From contig CAJNYD010000154.1 of NCBI GenBank assembly GCA_905331295.1, positions 1 through 36,063 on the forward strand: a stretch of DNA of 36,063 nucleotides. The letters run 5' to 3'. A program made the position numbers and the translations under genes. The notes beneath the pieces were generated by a model that did no database searches, had not been told where the DNA came from, and saw nothing but the letters and a program-made list of their open reading frames with translations. This stretch comes from Rotaria socialis (taxonomy: Eukaryota). This document shows positions 1 to 12,652 of this stretch, one piece after another; the first letter of the stretch is position 1, and the number at the start of each line of letters is the position of its first letter.

Positions 1-929
1 GTCTTCAGCTACTATCTTTTTCAGAAGATCGCCATACCCCTGGGCGAATTTTTTGAAAATTGTTTTTTTCATTTTCAAAGGATATTTTTATGGACCATGA
101 TGGATGGTCGAATGCTGATTTACACTAAATATAATTTAACTGATACGATGCAGCTCTACGAGAAATTTTTACGTGATGTCAGACCCGCTTCCTATAAAAA
201 ACACGGCTCATTTTTACGTATTTTTCGTTGAGTCCCCTATGACCATTCTTTGAGATCCCAGGCTAATTTTCTCATAATGTTGTAGTACTCGGTGAGTACT
301 ATAAACCTACATGTGCCCAGCTTCTAGATAATCCGTATCTTGGGAGATCTGAGTATCTCAAAGTCATGGTTTTGGCCAAAATCACGATATTGTGGTGGGT
401 CTCCATTGCGATGGAAATTATGTAGGGAACTGATTTTTTTAGCAGACTAAGTACTCAATGGCATCTCTCTATAGCCAAGGTTTCAACCCTCTGACACGAT
501 CCATTCATGAGATACGTAAGTGCCCAAAATACTAAAAAATAGCCATTTTGCCGTGAACCTGGTGGTATTGGGCAACTCACCAACGCTACATCTATTTGAG
601 CTCATTTTTTCCTGGAAATACAAAATCATGATACGAATTCACAGTAAAAGTTTCAATTAAATTGCATATATCCTTGATGAGATATCGATGTCAAAAAATC
701 ACAAAAAATGACCTTTTTTGACGATACTGTCTCCAGAAAAGTGAAAATATCTTAGCAACGGAACAATATTTGTTTCAAACGGCTTGCGTCACAATTCTTA
801 AAACACCTACCTCTAAAACATATATTAAATTGAACGAAATCGGACGACCTCGATTGAGCAGCCTCTGTGTGAGTCGGGTGTGGCTGACATGGGCTGGATA
901 AATATAGCCAGTGGTTGTTGCTACCGGTT

Positions 930-970
930 GAAAGGTCAAAGGTGAAAGGTGAAAGGTGAAAGGTTAAAAG
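930..970 (+). repeat. 7-bp tandem repeat (GAAAGGT)n, about 5-6 copies
   Basis: gaaaggtcaaaggtgaaaggtgaaaggtgaaaggttaaaag read directly. Confidence 0.85.
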
Positions 971-1005
971 CCAACTGAAAGAACAGAAAACTACTCAGAC
1001 ATGCT

Positions 1006-1143
1006 TAGCCATTCCCATCCATTAATATCCATTCGTATCCATTCCCATCCATTCCCATCCATTCCTAGCCATTCCTAGCCATTCCATCCATTCCTAACAA
1101 TTCCTAGCCATTCGAAGGCTAGGAATGAGCTTATCCCCCCTTG
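1006..1143. mobile_element. Right end of a CAAGGGGG-terminus MITE with 10-bp CCATTCCYAK tandem repeats; left end not found
   Basis: Tandem ccattcccat/ccattcctag, then the inverted motif ggctaggaatg and terminus ttatcccccc-ttg. Same layout as the complete elements at 10016-10492 and 23516-23888. Confidence 0.6.
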
Positions 1144-1580
1144 CCAAAAACACTACAGATATGATCATATTGTCATCCTATGTATCAAGTCATTGTTGTG
1201 ACCGTTTGTGCTACATTCATGGGCGTTTTCGCAAATGTTTACTCCTATGAAGCACATCTGTGATCCTTCAAGCTTTATCTGTGGTCATTTCGATCATAGT
1301 TACCATGTGGTTATTGCATTACGCAGACAGTCTGGCACACGTGAACTTCTATTTCTACGCGAGTACCTCAGTCTAGGGCCAAGCAAATCGACTCTCTATG
1401 AGCGTTACTTGTTCAGTACAGCCCCTTTGTGGTTAAAATGTGGAACTCACTTATATCCTTTTAGCAGGGGTAAACCGATAAAAATGTGCCAAATGCAACA
1501 TTTCTCAGACTACTGAATTTTCAAAATAATTGATTATCAGAGCAGCAAGCTGTTTCATTTATTTTTACATTGCCAAAAGA

Positions 1581-1918
1581 TTTTGTGAAACTCGACTTAA
1601 AAGGAGTGTTGTAGTGTTTAAGAGCAGAAATTTGGACCCCCCTCCCCGCACAGACCGTGACAAAGAAACCCAGTATCCATCACAGACCGTGACAGAAAAA
1701 ATCCATATTTATATAGAATTCAGCATCGTATACCAATAAAATCTCGTTAGAAAGTATGTACCACTTTCTTATGATAGTTCCAGGAGATTAGGTGAAGGTT
1801 TGAGAGCAAGTGCATCGCAAAACACGTCGAAAAAAAATGATTTCGATGCGTTTAGCAACAACAAATCAGTCGTGTTTCACATTTTTAATAACAAAGGGAT
1901 TGTGTTAACAACGTTTTT
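1581..1918 (+). mobile_element. DINE-1/Helentron-associated (HINE-like) non-autonomous element, copy 1
   Basis: Starts TTTTGTGAAAC(T)CG; C-rich tract; cacagaccgtgac repeats; 3' subterminal inverted repeat CGTGTTTCACA (1871-1881), then degenerate hairpin and T-run. Homologous to 21051-21611 and 27277-27764. Confidence 0.6.
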
Positions 1919-2637
1919 ATCTTTTTTTGGCGCCCTTTTTTTCTCTCGCATGATTACTATTTTTCCGTTTTTTTTATTCTAATCAATAATTAGTTGTTAA
2001 TGTCTGCGATGCTGGGCATGTCTGTAATGGGCATGCCTGTAATGGATATGTTTGTAATGGGGAGGGAGAGGAGCCGCAAAATTCTCACTCTTAAACTTAC
2101 ACTCACTATTTTCTTCAAAATATACGCGAGTTCCACAAAATACTATCAAAATTAAATTTCCCGGCAGAAATAAGACTGGAGCACAAACTCCTTTCAGGAT
2201 GTTTATAGCTCATTAGAGCCTACATAACGCACATAGTCTTCATTCAAAAGCGATTTCCTAACTCGGAATTGCTCCTGATTCCGTTTTTCTGCCCATGGTG
2301 GCCCTCCCCCTTCCAAGAAAATGTTACGGGCAACGACAGGTTTGTCACAGTCTTTGATAGTTGCTAGACTCCTTTGCCTTCTGTCTGTTACGGTATATGG
2401 GGTAAGTCTGAAGGTGGTTTACTTTTCTCGCTATATACCTCAACACTCATTTCCAATCGTGTTTCAAAAAACAGCATCTATAAGCTTGCTTTCGATAATT
2501 TCTTGCTGCACTCCTGTTACAGACCATCTTCTCTGTTTACAGACAATCCACCCCTACATTTCAGTATGTCTGCGAAGCACGACGGTAAATCTGTAGTCGA
2601 CGTCATTTTCTATACTGATTATCAATTTCAAGCCATA

Positions 2638-3611
2638 AGGGTGTTCCTGAAGTTCTGAAGTACTTTTAAAATGGATCGGTCTCGCATTTAACACAAGCAA
2701 ACTCTTTGAAAAGTTGGCAGATTATTATGCATGCTTAGTACTAAATAACTAGAAACTTTCAGGCCTATAGATTGTACTATGGACGATAACCAGTAACAAC
2801 ACTATCATGCACTACTTTTTCAATTTTCCTGTATTTTGGGTGTGCCAAAATGTTTATATATCGGTTTAGGTATATCATAACATGTTGAATTTTTGTTTAA
2901 AAGATGTGCCATGAAAAGCTCTACGAAAATTGTAATAACAAATCCCTATTGACTTATGCTAATGGTTTCTTCGACACTCAAAATGAGAAACCTACATGAT
3001 AGAACTACTTCTCACCATATTGAGCGTAATAAGAAAATGTTTGGAAGACCTTTTAGTTTTGCATGTATCTCAACTTGAGAAAATGATAAAATCTTGATTT
3101 GTTTTTCAAAAGATGCGCCGTTGAAAGCTCTACAAAAGCTATATTAACGCATTCCGATTGGAAAATAAATCAGTGTTTCAAACCTTTTTTGATTACGCAC
3201 TATAAGCAAAGAAGTAGCACTGTCATGTACGTCTTTCATTTTGAGTATGGCAGAAACCATTAACACAAGTCAATAGAGGTTTGTTTTTACAACTTTTGTA
3301 GAGCTTTTCATGGGGCATCTTTTAAGCAAAAATTCAAGATTTTATCATCTACCTAAGCCGAGATACAGGCCATATAAAAAATTGTTGCAAACATTTGGGC
3401 GCATCCGAAAGATGATCAGAAAAATTGAAAAAATAGTGCATGATAATGTTGTTACTGGTTCTCAGTCATAGTAAGAGCTACAGACCTCAAACTTTGTAGT
3501 TATATAATACTTCATATGCACAATAATCTGCCACAGCTTTAAAGAGTTTTCTTTTGTTAAATGACAGAACGATGCATTTTAAAAGTACTTTAGAATTTCC
3601 AGAACACCCGT
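2638..3611. mobile_element. Tc1/mariner-type MITE with ~370-bp diverged TIRs
   Basis: Left TA-agggtgttcctgaagttctgaagtacttttaaaatg vs reverse complement of right TA-acgggtgttctggaaattctaaagtacttttaaaatg. Arms 2638-~3012 and ~3211-3611 align throughout; TA flanks. Confidence 0.8.
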
Positions 3612-4207
3612 TATTTGTAAGTAGAGTGAGCATATAGTGTATCGGAACATATGAGTAAGCATCATAGTGAAAAGTAATCATGAGTTTTTATGATTTGTGA
3701 TACGGGCTAACTTTTGCTACCAGAAATGGAAACATTCGAGTAATATATCAGACGATGCAGAATATGAAGGGCTTTCAGAAAATATAAAAAATATTTTAGG
3801 ATAGAATAATTTGCCATCACCAGGGTCAGAATACTAGAAAATTAGCATTTTCTTCAACCAGCAATTTTGTTCATATATTGAAATTAGGGGTTAGTGAAGT
3901 GTACTTCATGAATTATCCAGTTACTGAGCTTGGTACAGAAAAAGATTCTACATATTTTAAGATGCCTCCAAAGTCAAAGTGGTGAGTAATTGCAGAAAAA
4001 GATTGAAAATATTAAGGGCACCCTAAAAAGTTGATTTGTTTTAGATCAAGTATTATGGGGTGGGTAACTTGTGGGATGCCGGGTTTTTCATAGACAAGTC
4101 AAACAGAGCTCATCTTTTGGATTTTGTCTATTAGAATAGTGATCTATCATTTCAGAATTAAAAATAGAAAATCTAAATTTTGTCGATAACCGACCTCTGG
4201 TTGAGTT

Positions 4208-4931
4208 GGTGTGCCGTAGAAAGACCGAAAGGAAAAATGTCGAAAGGGAAAAATATCGAAAGGAAAAATATAGAAAATGACCAAAGGAAAAATGTCGAAA
4301 GAAAAATGTCGAAGGAAAAATATCGAAAGAAAAAATATCGAAAGGGAAAAATGTCGAAAATTTGCATTAAGATATTTTTATTCTTGAAATCATAATAGCA
4401 TCATAGCATAAATCATAGATAAATAAGAGTTATAAAGAAAAATACACATATCCAATATTTACTAGTTGTTGCTGTTGTATTCAGCTTGAAAATATATTTA
4501 TCTGATACAAGGAAAGGTTTTCCTTTTTACGACTGAATAAATGAAATAACTGGAGTTGGCAGATGATTCTCACCAGATAAAAATGAGCAAGCTGTAGTCA
4601 TCATGATAAAATTTTAATCGTTGTATACTATTTTACGCCTATTTTAGCTAGTTTTCATAAGATATTACTTATCAATAGTATCAAGGGTTATCATTGTCAA
4701 ACCAATGGAATAATCAGATCAACAACAATGAACAATAAACTATTAGAACCTTCATTTAGTAGACGTCGCTTTTTTCTATCTTTTCTGTTTTCGACATTTT
4801 TCCTTTTCGACATTTTTCTCTTCGACATTTATCCATTCGACATTTTTCCCTTTCGATATTTTTCTTTCGGTGCTTTTCTTTCGGTATTTTTCCTTTCGAT
4901 ATTTTTCCTTTCTGCCTTTCTACGGCCAACC
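4208..4931. mobile_element. Non-autonomous DNA transposon with GG termini, 8-bp TSD and subterminal ~15-bp repeats (MULE/Merlin-like)
   Basis: TIR ggtgtgccgtagaaag / ggttggccgtagaaag; perfect TSD GTTGAGTT at 4200-4207 and 4932-4939; (AAAAATRTCGAAAGG)n inverted at the two ends. Confidence 0.85.
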
Positions 4932-5038
4932 GTTGAGTTAGTCGGTGCTCTCAGAGAAGCTCGCTGATACAGCTAAATTTTCTGACGAATTTGTAGTCTG
5001 CCTAGATATCTACAGCTTATGCGTGTTTTTCATTGAAG

Positions 5039-6081
5039 ATGACGTATGGGGTGTCATTGATTCACGTTTACAGAGCGATTTTCCTGATATCCGAAATAGA
5101 GCCATGATTAAGTCTCCTGACGGTACGTGCAGAGTTATACCACGCGAAGGTGATCGTGTCCGGCTTTATATTCAACTGCCAAGCATTAAACGTGATGACA
5201 CTGAAGAACGTATCGATCGCACAGGGATAACTCAAGATATGCTGATGGAAACGGCACGTAAGATGTTTGCACCATACAAGCTCGATTGGCCTAGCATCGA
5301 TTGGTGGGCAATTTACATAACGGGTCAGCGTTACGCCAGCAACTTTGTCGATAAGGACGAGCTAGTTTTTATCGCCGGTGATGCCTGCCACACACATTCA
5401 CCAAAAGCTGGACAAGGTATGAACGCATCGATGAGCGACACCCACAATCTGTCGTGGAAACTTGCCATGGTCATCAAAGGTCTTGCTAAACCCGCTATCC
5501 TCAAGACATATGAGTTTGAGCGACGCAACTACGCTAAGCAGCTCATCGAATATGATCACGAATTCTCCAATCTATTCTCCAGTAAGCCTACACAAAATGC
5601 CGAAGAATTTGCTGTCGCCTATGAAGGCCTTCGTGAAGCCTATGAAAAGTTCAGTGGCTTCTTCAGCGGAATTGCTATTCAATATGAACCGTCTCTCATT
5701 ACTGTCCAATCTCTAGAAAATCAAGCGCTTGCAAAAGGAATACCGATTGGCAAGGCTTTTATATCTCAAATTGTTGTTCGTCATGCTGATGCTCGACCGT
5801 TCCATCTTCTTGACCAAATGCCAACAGATCTGCGATTTCGCGTGTTGGTTTTTGCTGGTGATTGCCTCGTTTCATCTCAGCTCAAAAAGATTGAGGAAAC
5901 AGCTACATTACTGGAGGCGCTAGCTAGGCGCTACACACCTTCGAGTGCTGTTTACGACGATGTTATGGACTTCATCACCGTGTCTTCGAATCCACATGCT
6001 GCATACGAGAAGGAATCCCTACCGCTTTTCCTGTATCAAAACAAGTGGAAAGTATTCTGCGACGAAGTTGCAATCGATGGG
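5039..6081 (+). CDS. Internal exon of a fungal-type FAD-dependent phenol 2-monooxygenase (group A flavoprotein hydroxylase)
   Basis: Translation has WGVID..DFPDIR, IPREG.VRLYIQL, VFIAGDACHTHSPKAGQGMN.SM.DT.NL.WKL and the start of the C-terminal thioredoxin-like dimerisation domain (RHADARP, RFRVLVFAGD). Homology starts after the acceptor ttttcattgaAG (5037-5038; exact acceptor uncertain) and ends at the donor GGG|GTATGT (6082, phase 0). Confidence 0.92.
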
Positions 6082-6336
6082 GTATGTATTCCGTTCTATT
6101 AATTATTCTAACTTGTAACACTCAAAATTTTGAGAGGCACGATCAACTTAAGATTTAAAATCTAATAACGTTTGTATAAGGAACGTACCATTTGGTAAAC
6201 TCAGTCCAGTTAGATGTCTTTTGCAAATAGTCTCTTTGCTTGTGACTAGTTTTCATAATCCATTTATAAAAGCGCATCCGAAAGAGGCTCACTCCGAAAT
6301 CGAATTATGTTGTAAAACGTTGAAAAAAAAGACTCA

Positions 6337-6510
6337 CCGCTCTGTAAAAAAAAATGGAGTTTTGTAGAACGGCACCCAACAGCAGAACCTTTTTAGGGTT
6401 CTGCAGCTTTTCCAGAACCCCAAAAATGGTTCTGCATACGCTACAGATCCCCAAAAAGAGTTCTGCTATCGGGTACCGTTCTGCAAAACTCTTTTTTTTT
6501 TTCGGAGCGG
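6337..6510. mobile_element. 174-bp palindromic MITE with GAACC/GGTTC subrepeats (CMC/EnSpm-like)
   Basis: ccgctctgtaaaaaaaaatggagttttgtagaacggcaccc vs reverse complement ccgctccgaaaaaaaaaaagagttttgcagaacggtaccc. Confidence 0.75.
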
Positions 6511-7527
6511 ATTGGTGACTTACATTTAACAGGAAAGTCTCATATACTGTTCTTTTGAGTAAAGCACAGCGCATGAACTAGTATATGAGGTATTGCGTCG
6601 GGTGTCTACCACAAAAACAGGTATATTTCTAAATTGTGTGAAACTTTCAGGATTTGTAAACCATATTGAGGTAAGACAATCCGCACAACCAGTTTTTTTT
6701 AATTTCTTTCATAAATACGTACATAGTGAGGATGATACTTTCTATGATTTTTGTATATAATGAAAAAATTACGATGTTGTCGAAAAGGATCCCATACAAG
6801 CATATTTCAAATTAAGTATGTAAGGTATTAACTATATGAGCTAAATTATTCGGTGGTGACGTGAGTTCGCAAAATTGAAAATTTCAATTTGAAATATGTG
6901 CATCTCAGAATAATGAGCTTCCCTAAACATGATTTTTATATACGGCTTGTGCATTAAGCGGCTATAGACACTCTTCAAAAAACAAAGCGTTGGGGCTTTG
7001 CTACGAGGAACTATCCCTAAAAACAACCTTAACGGCGTGACCTGAAAAAATACATCGATTTTCACTTTTTGTATTTTACTTTTAAAAGAAGACTGATTGG
7101 TGCACAATTTTAGAAAGCTAAATGAAGCGTTCTGCAGAGGAATACGGAGGCTTCAATATCTGGAAGCAACACTTTTCTCAAGATTCCTAGATTTTGGAAA
7201 AAAAATAATGAATTCGTCGTTAGGGACGTGACGTAGTACGGCTACACTGCAGAGAAGGTGTTCTGGTAATCAGATGAAAATTTGGAATCGCTTTCAAGCG
7301 TTGCACATTTCGGCTCAGAGTCCCTAGATGACAATAAGAAAAACCTTTTCGTCGCTCCGCTCGACAGGATCTCTGGAAAACTCGTCCTTTTGAAGAAATG
7401 TTTCCGAGTTTAATCTTGTTGAAAATTTTATCATCGGTGCAGTTCACGACCGAAAAATTATCCTGAAGCTTTCAGATTTCATTCTCATATGGTTAGAAAC
7501 ATATTCACTAAATACTGTTGAATTACG

Positions 7528-7840
7528 TTGTGTGTGAGTGTGCCGGTGGATATATGAGTTCGTGAGGATGGACGTACGTTTGGGTGGGTGTGGATGTTGG
7601 TTGGTATGTGAGTTTGGGTGTGAGTAGTCGTGGATGTTCATGCCAGTGCGGGTGGTGATATTTTTGCGCTTTAAAGCCAGATCGAGACTCAGATCCACAG
7701 CCACGCCCATGCCAATCACAACAACCAAAAGTCATCCCGCACTCGTTCCCGCACCCGGACCCGCATGCACTCGACACCCAAATCCACATACCCACCCATA
7801 GTCACCCACATTGCACACCGACACTCACACCGACCACAGT
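7528..7840. repeat. Degenerate GT-rich (TGTGGG-like) tract followed by an inverted CA-rich (CCCACA-like) tract
   Basis: Strand composition flips around 7650-7690; produces the spurious His/Thr/Gly-rich ORFs. Confidence 0.55.
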
Positions 7841-9319
7841 CAGTTGATATCGAACGATGGAAGTTGATTCTTTCTGAAGAAATCTGAACAGTATCAACTG
7901 TGGAAATTGATTGGGTCTGGTTGTTCAGTGATCAGTTGATGGAGAAGGCAAGAAGTAGAAAAATACCATCACCATCTGACTACATCTGCGACTAAATAAG
8001 ATGAAAAGTAACATACTGGGCTTTTTCAGTTACGTCTTATTTATGAAATCAAAGCCCATAGACAGATCAAAAGGTAAAACTGTTTGTCTCCCAACGTACA
8101 TTTTCAAAAATATGATATGCTGACTCACAAGTTTTTAAAAGCTAGGGAAATTGTCGATTTTCCCTGCGTCTTGTCGGGAAGCTACATAGATTCTTCACCC
8201 TTGGTCACATTGTTCGGAAGATGCCGAATAGATGGCTTTTTTAATGTTTCAAACAGCATCTGGTACTACTTGCGAGTTTATAATTTTCAATTGATTTCTC
8301 TATGAAATGTCTTGACAATGCTATCTACAAATAGCACTTGTCCCAAATGAATACTGAATATCCTTTCCAAGCTATGTATGTTATAAAAGCAGTATAATAA
8401 GTGGAATTTTCGCTATTACAGTTAGTCTGGAAATCAAAAAGTTTTGCAATTGTAAAGTAGTATTTCAATCTACTTCTGTTAATCAGTGTCAAAGTATACA
8501 GAGAGAAAAACTAACGGCTGAGCCTGTCCACGTAAAACGTTCTTTCATCACGCTTTGCTTGTTTCATTTCGTAAAAACAACTTAATGTTAAGAATCAAAT
8601 GTTTTTGCAGTTTCGGACGAAAAATTGTGCTGTTAAAAATGAGGAATTGCAAAGCTGTCCACGACTCCTCTTTCACTATAAACAGAGCGTGACGGAATCA
8701 CCCCTTCTGTGAACAGGCTCGGCTGCCACTCGGTCTGCCTCACACATGGGGTGCGCAGAATGGGCGAAACTTTCCAGCATCATAGACCCTGATAAGTATT
8801 TCGATATGTGCGTCCGTCTAGTGTTGAGGAACAATATGATCGATGTGGGTAATTCTCTCATTTGAAAGTGGCATTGATCTGCCGTCTCTTCACTTTAATC
8901 TCGTGGGCACTACACAGGAAGCTTTTTGAGTGGCTTCTGTAAATACTCATGAAACTCTTGTCACTAAAACATCAAAATACCAGCGAAATCTACGCTCCTC
9001 GATTGAGTAGCATAGGCGGGACTTACATGCGATCACTCTGAAAATTATGCAGACGTACCCACTGTTTCATGCTATACCGACACATGGTATCACAATTTGA
9101 AATCTAACATTGGCTCATAAACGACATATACATAGAAACTGCCTAATACTTTCAGAATTAATAACAATGGAAGGGTTTGTACTGATAAGCAAAAATATTG
9201 ACTATATTCGCATCAAATGAACACTCTCATTGCCAAACTAACAAATTTTAAATTATGAACTGCTTATGGTTTTGCGCAGACGGAGTTATTGGAGTTTTAA
9301 GGGTTTTACAGTATATATA

Positions 9320-9620
9320 ATATGCCCACTATTAGAAATTTCAGAAGAATTTCTTTTTTTCTATTCTCCTCATGGTTGGATAGAGCTCAGCGAGTTACAA
9401 AAGAAAAACTATATTTCAAAACTTAAAAATTATTTTTGAAAAAATTCGAAGATAGCATTATTTTTCAATATAAATGGGTATAAGTGTGAAATTCTGATTT
9501 TCGTAAAAATTATTTTTTAATCTTTGTAATATAGTTTTTCTTATGTGGCTCGTTGGACTGTATCCAACCATCAAGAAAAAAGGAAAGGAAATCGTTCTGA
9601 AATTTCCAAAAGAGGTCATT
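9320..9620. mobile_element. ~300-bp palindromic MITE
   Basis: atgcccactattagaaatttcagaagaatttc...catggttggatagagc vs reverse complement atgacctcttttggaaatttcagaacgatttc...gatggttggatacagt. Confidence 0.7.
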
Positions 9621-10015
9621 CGGAAATAACGTGATCACTTGTTTAGCCTATTTTTTTCTCTCCCACCCCTCATGTCATCGATCGTCATCTGTCGACCAAA
9701 CCCCTCCCCTCTCCCACTACTGACGCCATTACCTGATAAAACCTTTTTCAAACGTAAATAGCTATGTTTTTATAGTTCTCATATCCTCTGGAATAAAAGA
9801 CACGATTCACCACTCAGCTCTCCTAACAAAGATACATGCATATATGTGGCAGGCGAGTTTAGAATTCAGTTGAGATTGTAATAATTGTTTTATATTAGAA
9901 ATAAAAACATTTTCCTTAAGAGTAAATTAAATATAAAATACGATCGTAAATTTTGCTTTTATAAACATTTATAAAATTCTTATCTTGTTTTATTTTAAGT
10001 ATGATGACAACTTAA

Positions 10016-10492
10016 CAAGGGGGAAACAGCTGACTCCATGACTCCACTTGACTCTGCTTGACTCCACTTGACTCCGCTTGACTCCACTTGACTCCGCTTG
10101 ACTCCACTTGACTCCGCTTGACTCCAATTGACTCCAAATACTTCTGGAGTCATGGAGTCCTCCAAAATAGATTATTGCATATTTCCTTCTCCATGTATCA
10201 TAAGTTGAGTACTCCCCTAATTATCACTAATTAGGATAAGTACTCAAGTTATTATCAATAATTAAGGGGAGTACTCAATTAATTAGTGATAAATAGGTGA
10301 GTACTCACCTTAATTAGTGATAATTAGGTGAGTATTCAACTTAATTAGTGATAGTGAGGTGAGTAATCACCTAATTAAAAGGGAAAAACAGCGCACTCCG
10401 TGTCTCCGCGACTCCGTGACTCCACTTGACTCCGCTTGACTCCACTTGACTCCACTTGACTCCAACGGACTGGAGTCAGTTGTTTCCCCTTG
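10016..10492. mobile_element. MITE with CAAGGGG termini and 8-bp TSD (P- or hAT-like); (GACTCCACTT)n subterminal arrays; central GAGTACTC palindromic repeats
   Basis: TIR CAAGGGGGAAACAGCTGACTCCA / CAAGGGGAAACAACTGACTCCA; perfect TSD CAACTTAA at 10008-10015 and 10493-10500. Confidence 0.9.
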
Positions 10493-12652
10493 CAACTTAA
10501 TTTTATTTCGCAGTTTTTGAAAATTTTTTGTTGAAAATTTTTTTTTTAATGTTTTGAAGTTATCGGTACATTGAAACATTAAACTATTAAAGAAATATTT
10601 TACAGTGTTGTGTCTCTCTCGTCGTTTTATTATAATAGGGACATTCTCATGTAGCCAATAATGGGAAAATAATGGAAAAATGATTCATTATTTTCCATTA
10701 TTTTGCAAAAATATCAAATAATTAATTATAATTTATTATTTTTCGTATTCTCAATGCATTGGAATGCATTATTTCGAAATAATGCTATAATGAACTATAA
10801 TGCATTAATATTCAATGCATTATAATGCATTACTAGAAAAAATCTTTTGACATAGCATGATTTTCAAAGCTATCAAGCCAGTCTTTTCTCCAACTTCATT
10901 GAAAACAAGTAAAAGAAATATTTTTTCACAACATCTTTAATCATGTATAATCTGATTGCACCATTTCTAAACAATAAATTTCAGTAGTTTCTTCATAAAA
11001 CTTCATCACACACTCTTATCATGAAATCCATTTGGTTTCGGCTCTAAATATTTCCATTAATCTTTCCTTTCAATGGAAAGGAATATGTTTACGTAAATCT
11101 TGTTTTTAGTCGAGATGTTTACGCTGTTTTTTGATTTAAGGTGTAATATAATTATAAGTGCGTCTATTCTTCGGAAATAGAATAACGGGTGGGTGGTTTT
11201 TGGACAGAGCATTTGAAATGTTGATGTATCATCCAGAAAAAAGGTATTTGCCAATGGGTATGCGGGTTATAGAGCGTTGCCGAATCCTTGCAACACATGG
11301 AATATGGTAAGGAAATGGATGAAGAGGATACCCATTCTATAGGAAGATCGTCACAGAACATGTTAATAAATGTTTACACTAAAAATAAAAAAGGTTCCAT
11401 ACGGAATTTAAATGTTTCTTGGTATTTTACTATACTTCAAAAGGTTTCGTTCGCACAAACGAAACCTGGAAAGAGTTTAGTATAATGTAGAGTTTTGTAA
11501 AAAACCTGTTCAAGGTTTAGTATTCAAAAACGTTTCGTGATAAACCTTTTCGGGCATTGAAAATCGACAAGGTTTCGTAAAATACTCTTCAAACTTCATT
11601 TCAAAATATGAGCATTAAAGTGGAGATACTTTGCCGAAATTCGTTTCTGGTGAAAAGGATTGGAAATCAATCACTAACTGCTCGACTGCTAATCACATGC
11701 TGCATTGAGTAAAATATTTCCAATATGTAGTATTCAAAACAAATCGAAATGGTGGAAGTACTTAAGATTTTCAAAGAAAATACTGCATTGCAATTTCAAA
11801 ACCGAATAAAAACTAATTCCATACGTTCTCTGTTGAGGAGCCTAAGTACATTCACTTAAGTGAAGGAATTAATCAAAGATATGGGGGCATTTTAGAGACT
11901 GGATTAGGATTCAGATGGTAAGACAGCAAGATAGATATCCATAAGGGGATTAGTTAAGGTGTCATATTAAGGCTGATGGAATCCGTTAGATGGTTAGATT
12001 TACATTAAGGGCGTAATTTAACTGCTATATAAGCGAAATCTGTTTCTTAGAAAGCCCAAACACGCTCTGAAACCCATTTGGGAACCTTTAGAGGTCTGCG
12101 AGATGGTTTTTGGAAGTTAGCAATACTGCTGTACATATATATGTAATTGGTTGTCGAGGGTTAGAAAATGCTTAGATACTCTAAAATACCGATTTCAACA
12201 ATCTTCAAGTATTTTAAAATTCTTTTTTCTTGATATTGGAAACCTAGTCGTGTTTTCAGAAACCACCTGGATATTCTAGGAAACTTATATTGTCAAAAAA
12301 TTAAATCGAACTCTTATGAGGTATGCGGGAATACCTTTTCAGCTTCCAAAATATTGCCCAGGCAAACCAAAGAGTTTCCGAGTATGCTCAGTCTCGAAAA
12401 CGTAAAATAACGAACCCGAATCCGATCTTGGATTTTTATTTCATAGAATGAACGGCTTCTCGAGTTTTGAATGATTTTAGAATTTTCTGCAGAATGAAAG
12501 AGATAACAGTCCTCAAACCTCTCAAAAGAATTTTTCACTACTCCAATTTTCGTTTTCTATTTTCTTCATTTTTCAATTTTAGATGTATTTAGTGATTTAA
12601 AACTGCTCACAATATCAATTATAATCTATTCGATCAAAAATCATTCCCTATA

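Noticed and set aside
1..860. Diverged MITE-like repeat sequence at the window start
   Set aside because: Probably TE-derived, but no termini or TSD could be fixed and no upstream monooxygenase exon was recognised
2300..2630. Possible decayed Tc1/mariner N-terminal coding remnant on the minus strand
   Set aside because: Only faint motif resemblance and no catalytic motifs
4173..4967. Lys/Arg-rich and Phe-rich ORFs, likewise those at 7444-7795, 10367-10579 and 23231-24016
   Set aside because: Translations of MITE subterminal repeats or low-complexity DNA
4945..5038. N-terminal 31 aa of the 385-aa ORF (GTG start) and its VCIPFY tail at 6082-6102
   Set aside because: No family similarity; both are read-through into intron sequence beyond the splice sites. 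The N-terminal FAD-binding GxGxxG region must lie upstream of the window.
6117..6140. aacactcaaaatt as a TIR partner of 24490-24501 enclosing the whole intron
   Set aside because: The match is only ~7-10 bp, and the 24490 sequence is better explained as part of the 9165-9316 inverted homology
8084..8470. Minus-strand fragments (RHLP...KTC) suggestive of a decayed piggyBac-like C-terminus
   Set aside because: Too many stops and shifts to support without a translated search
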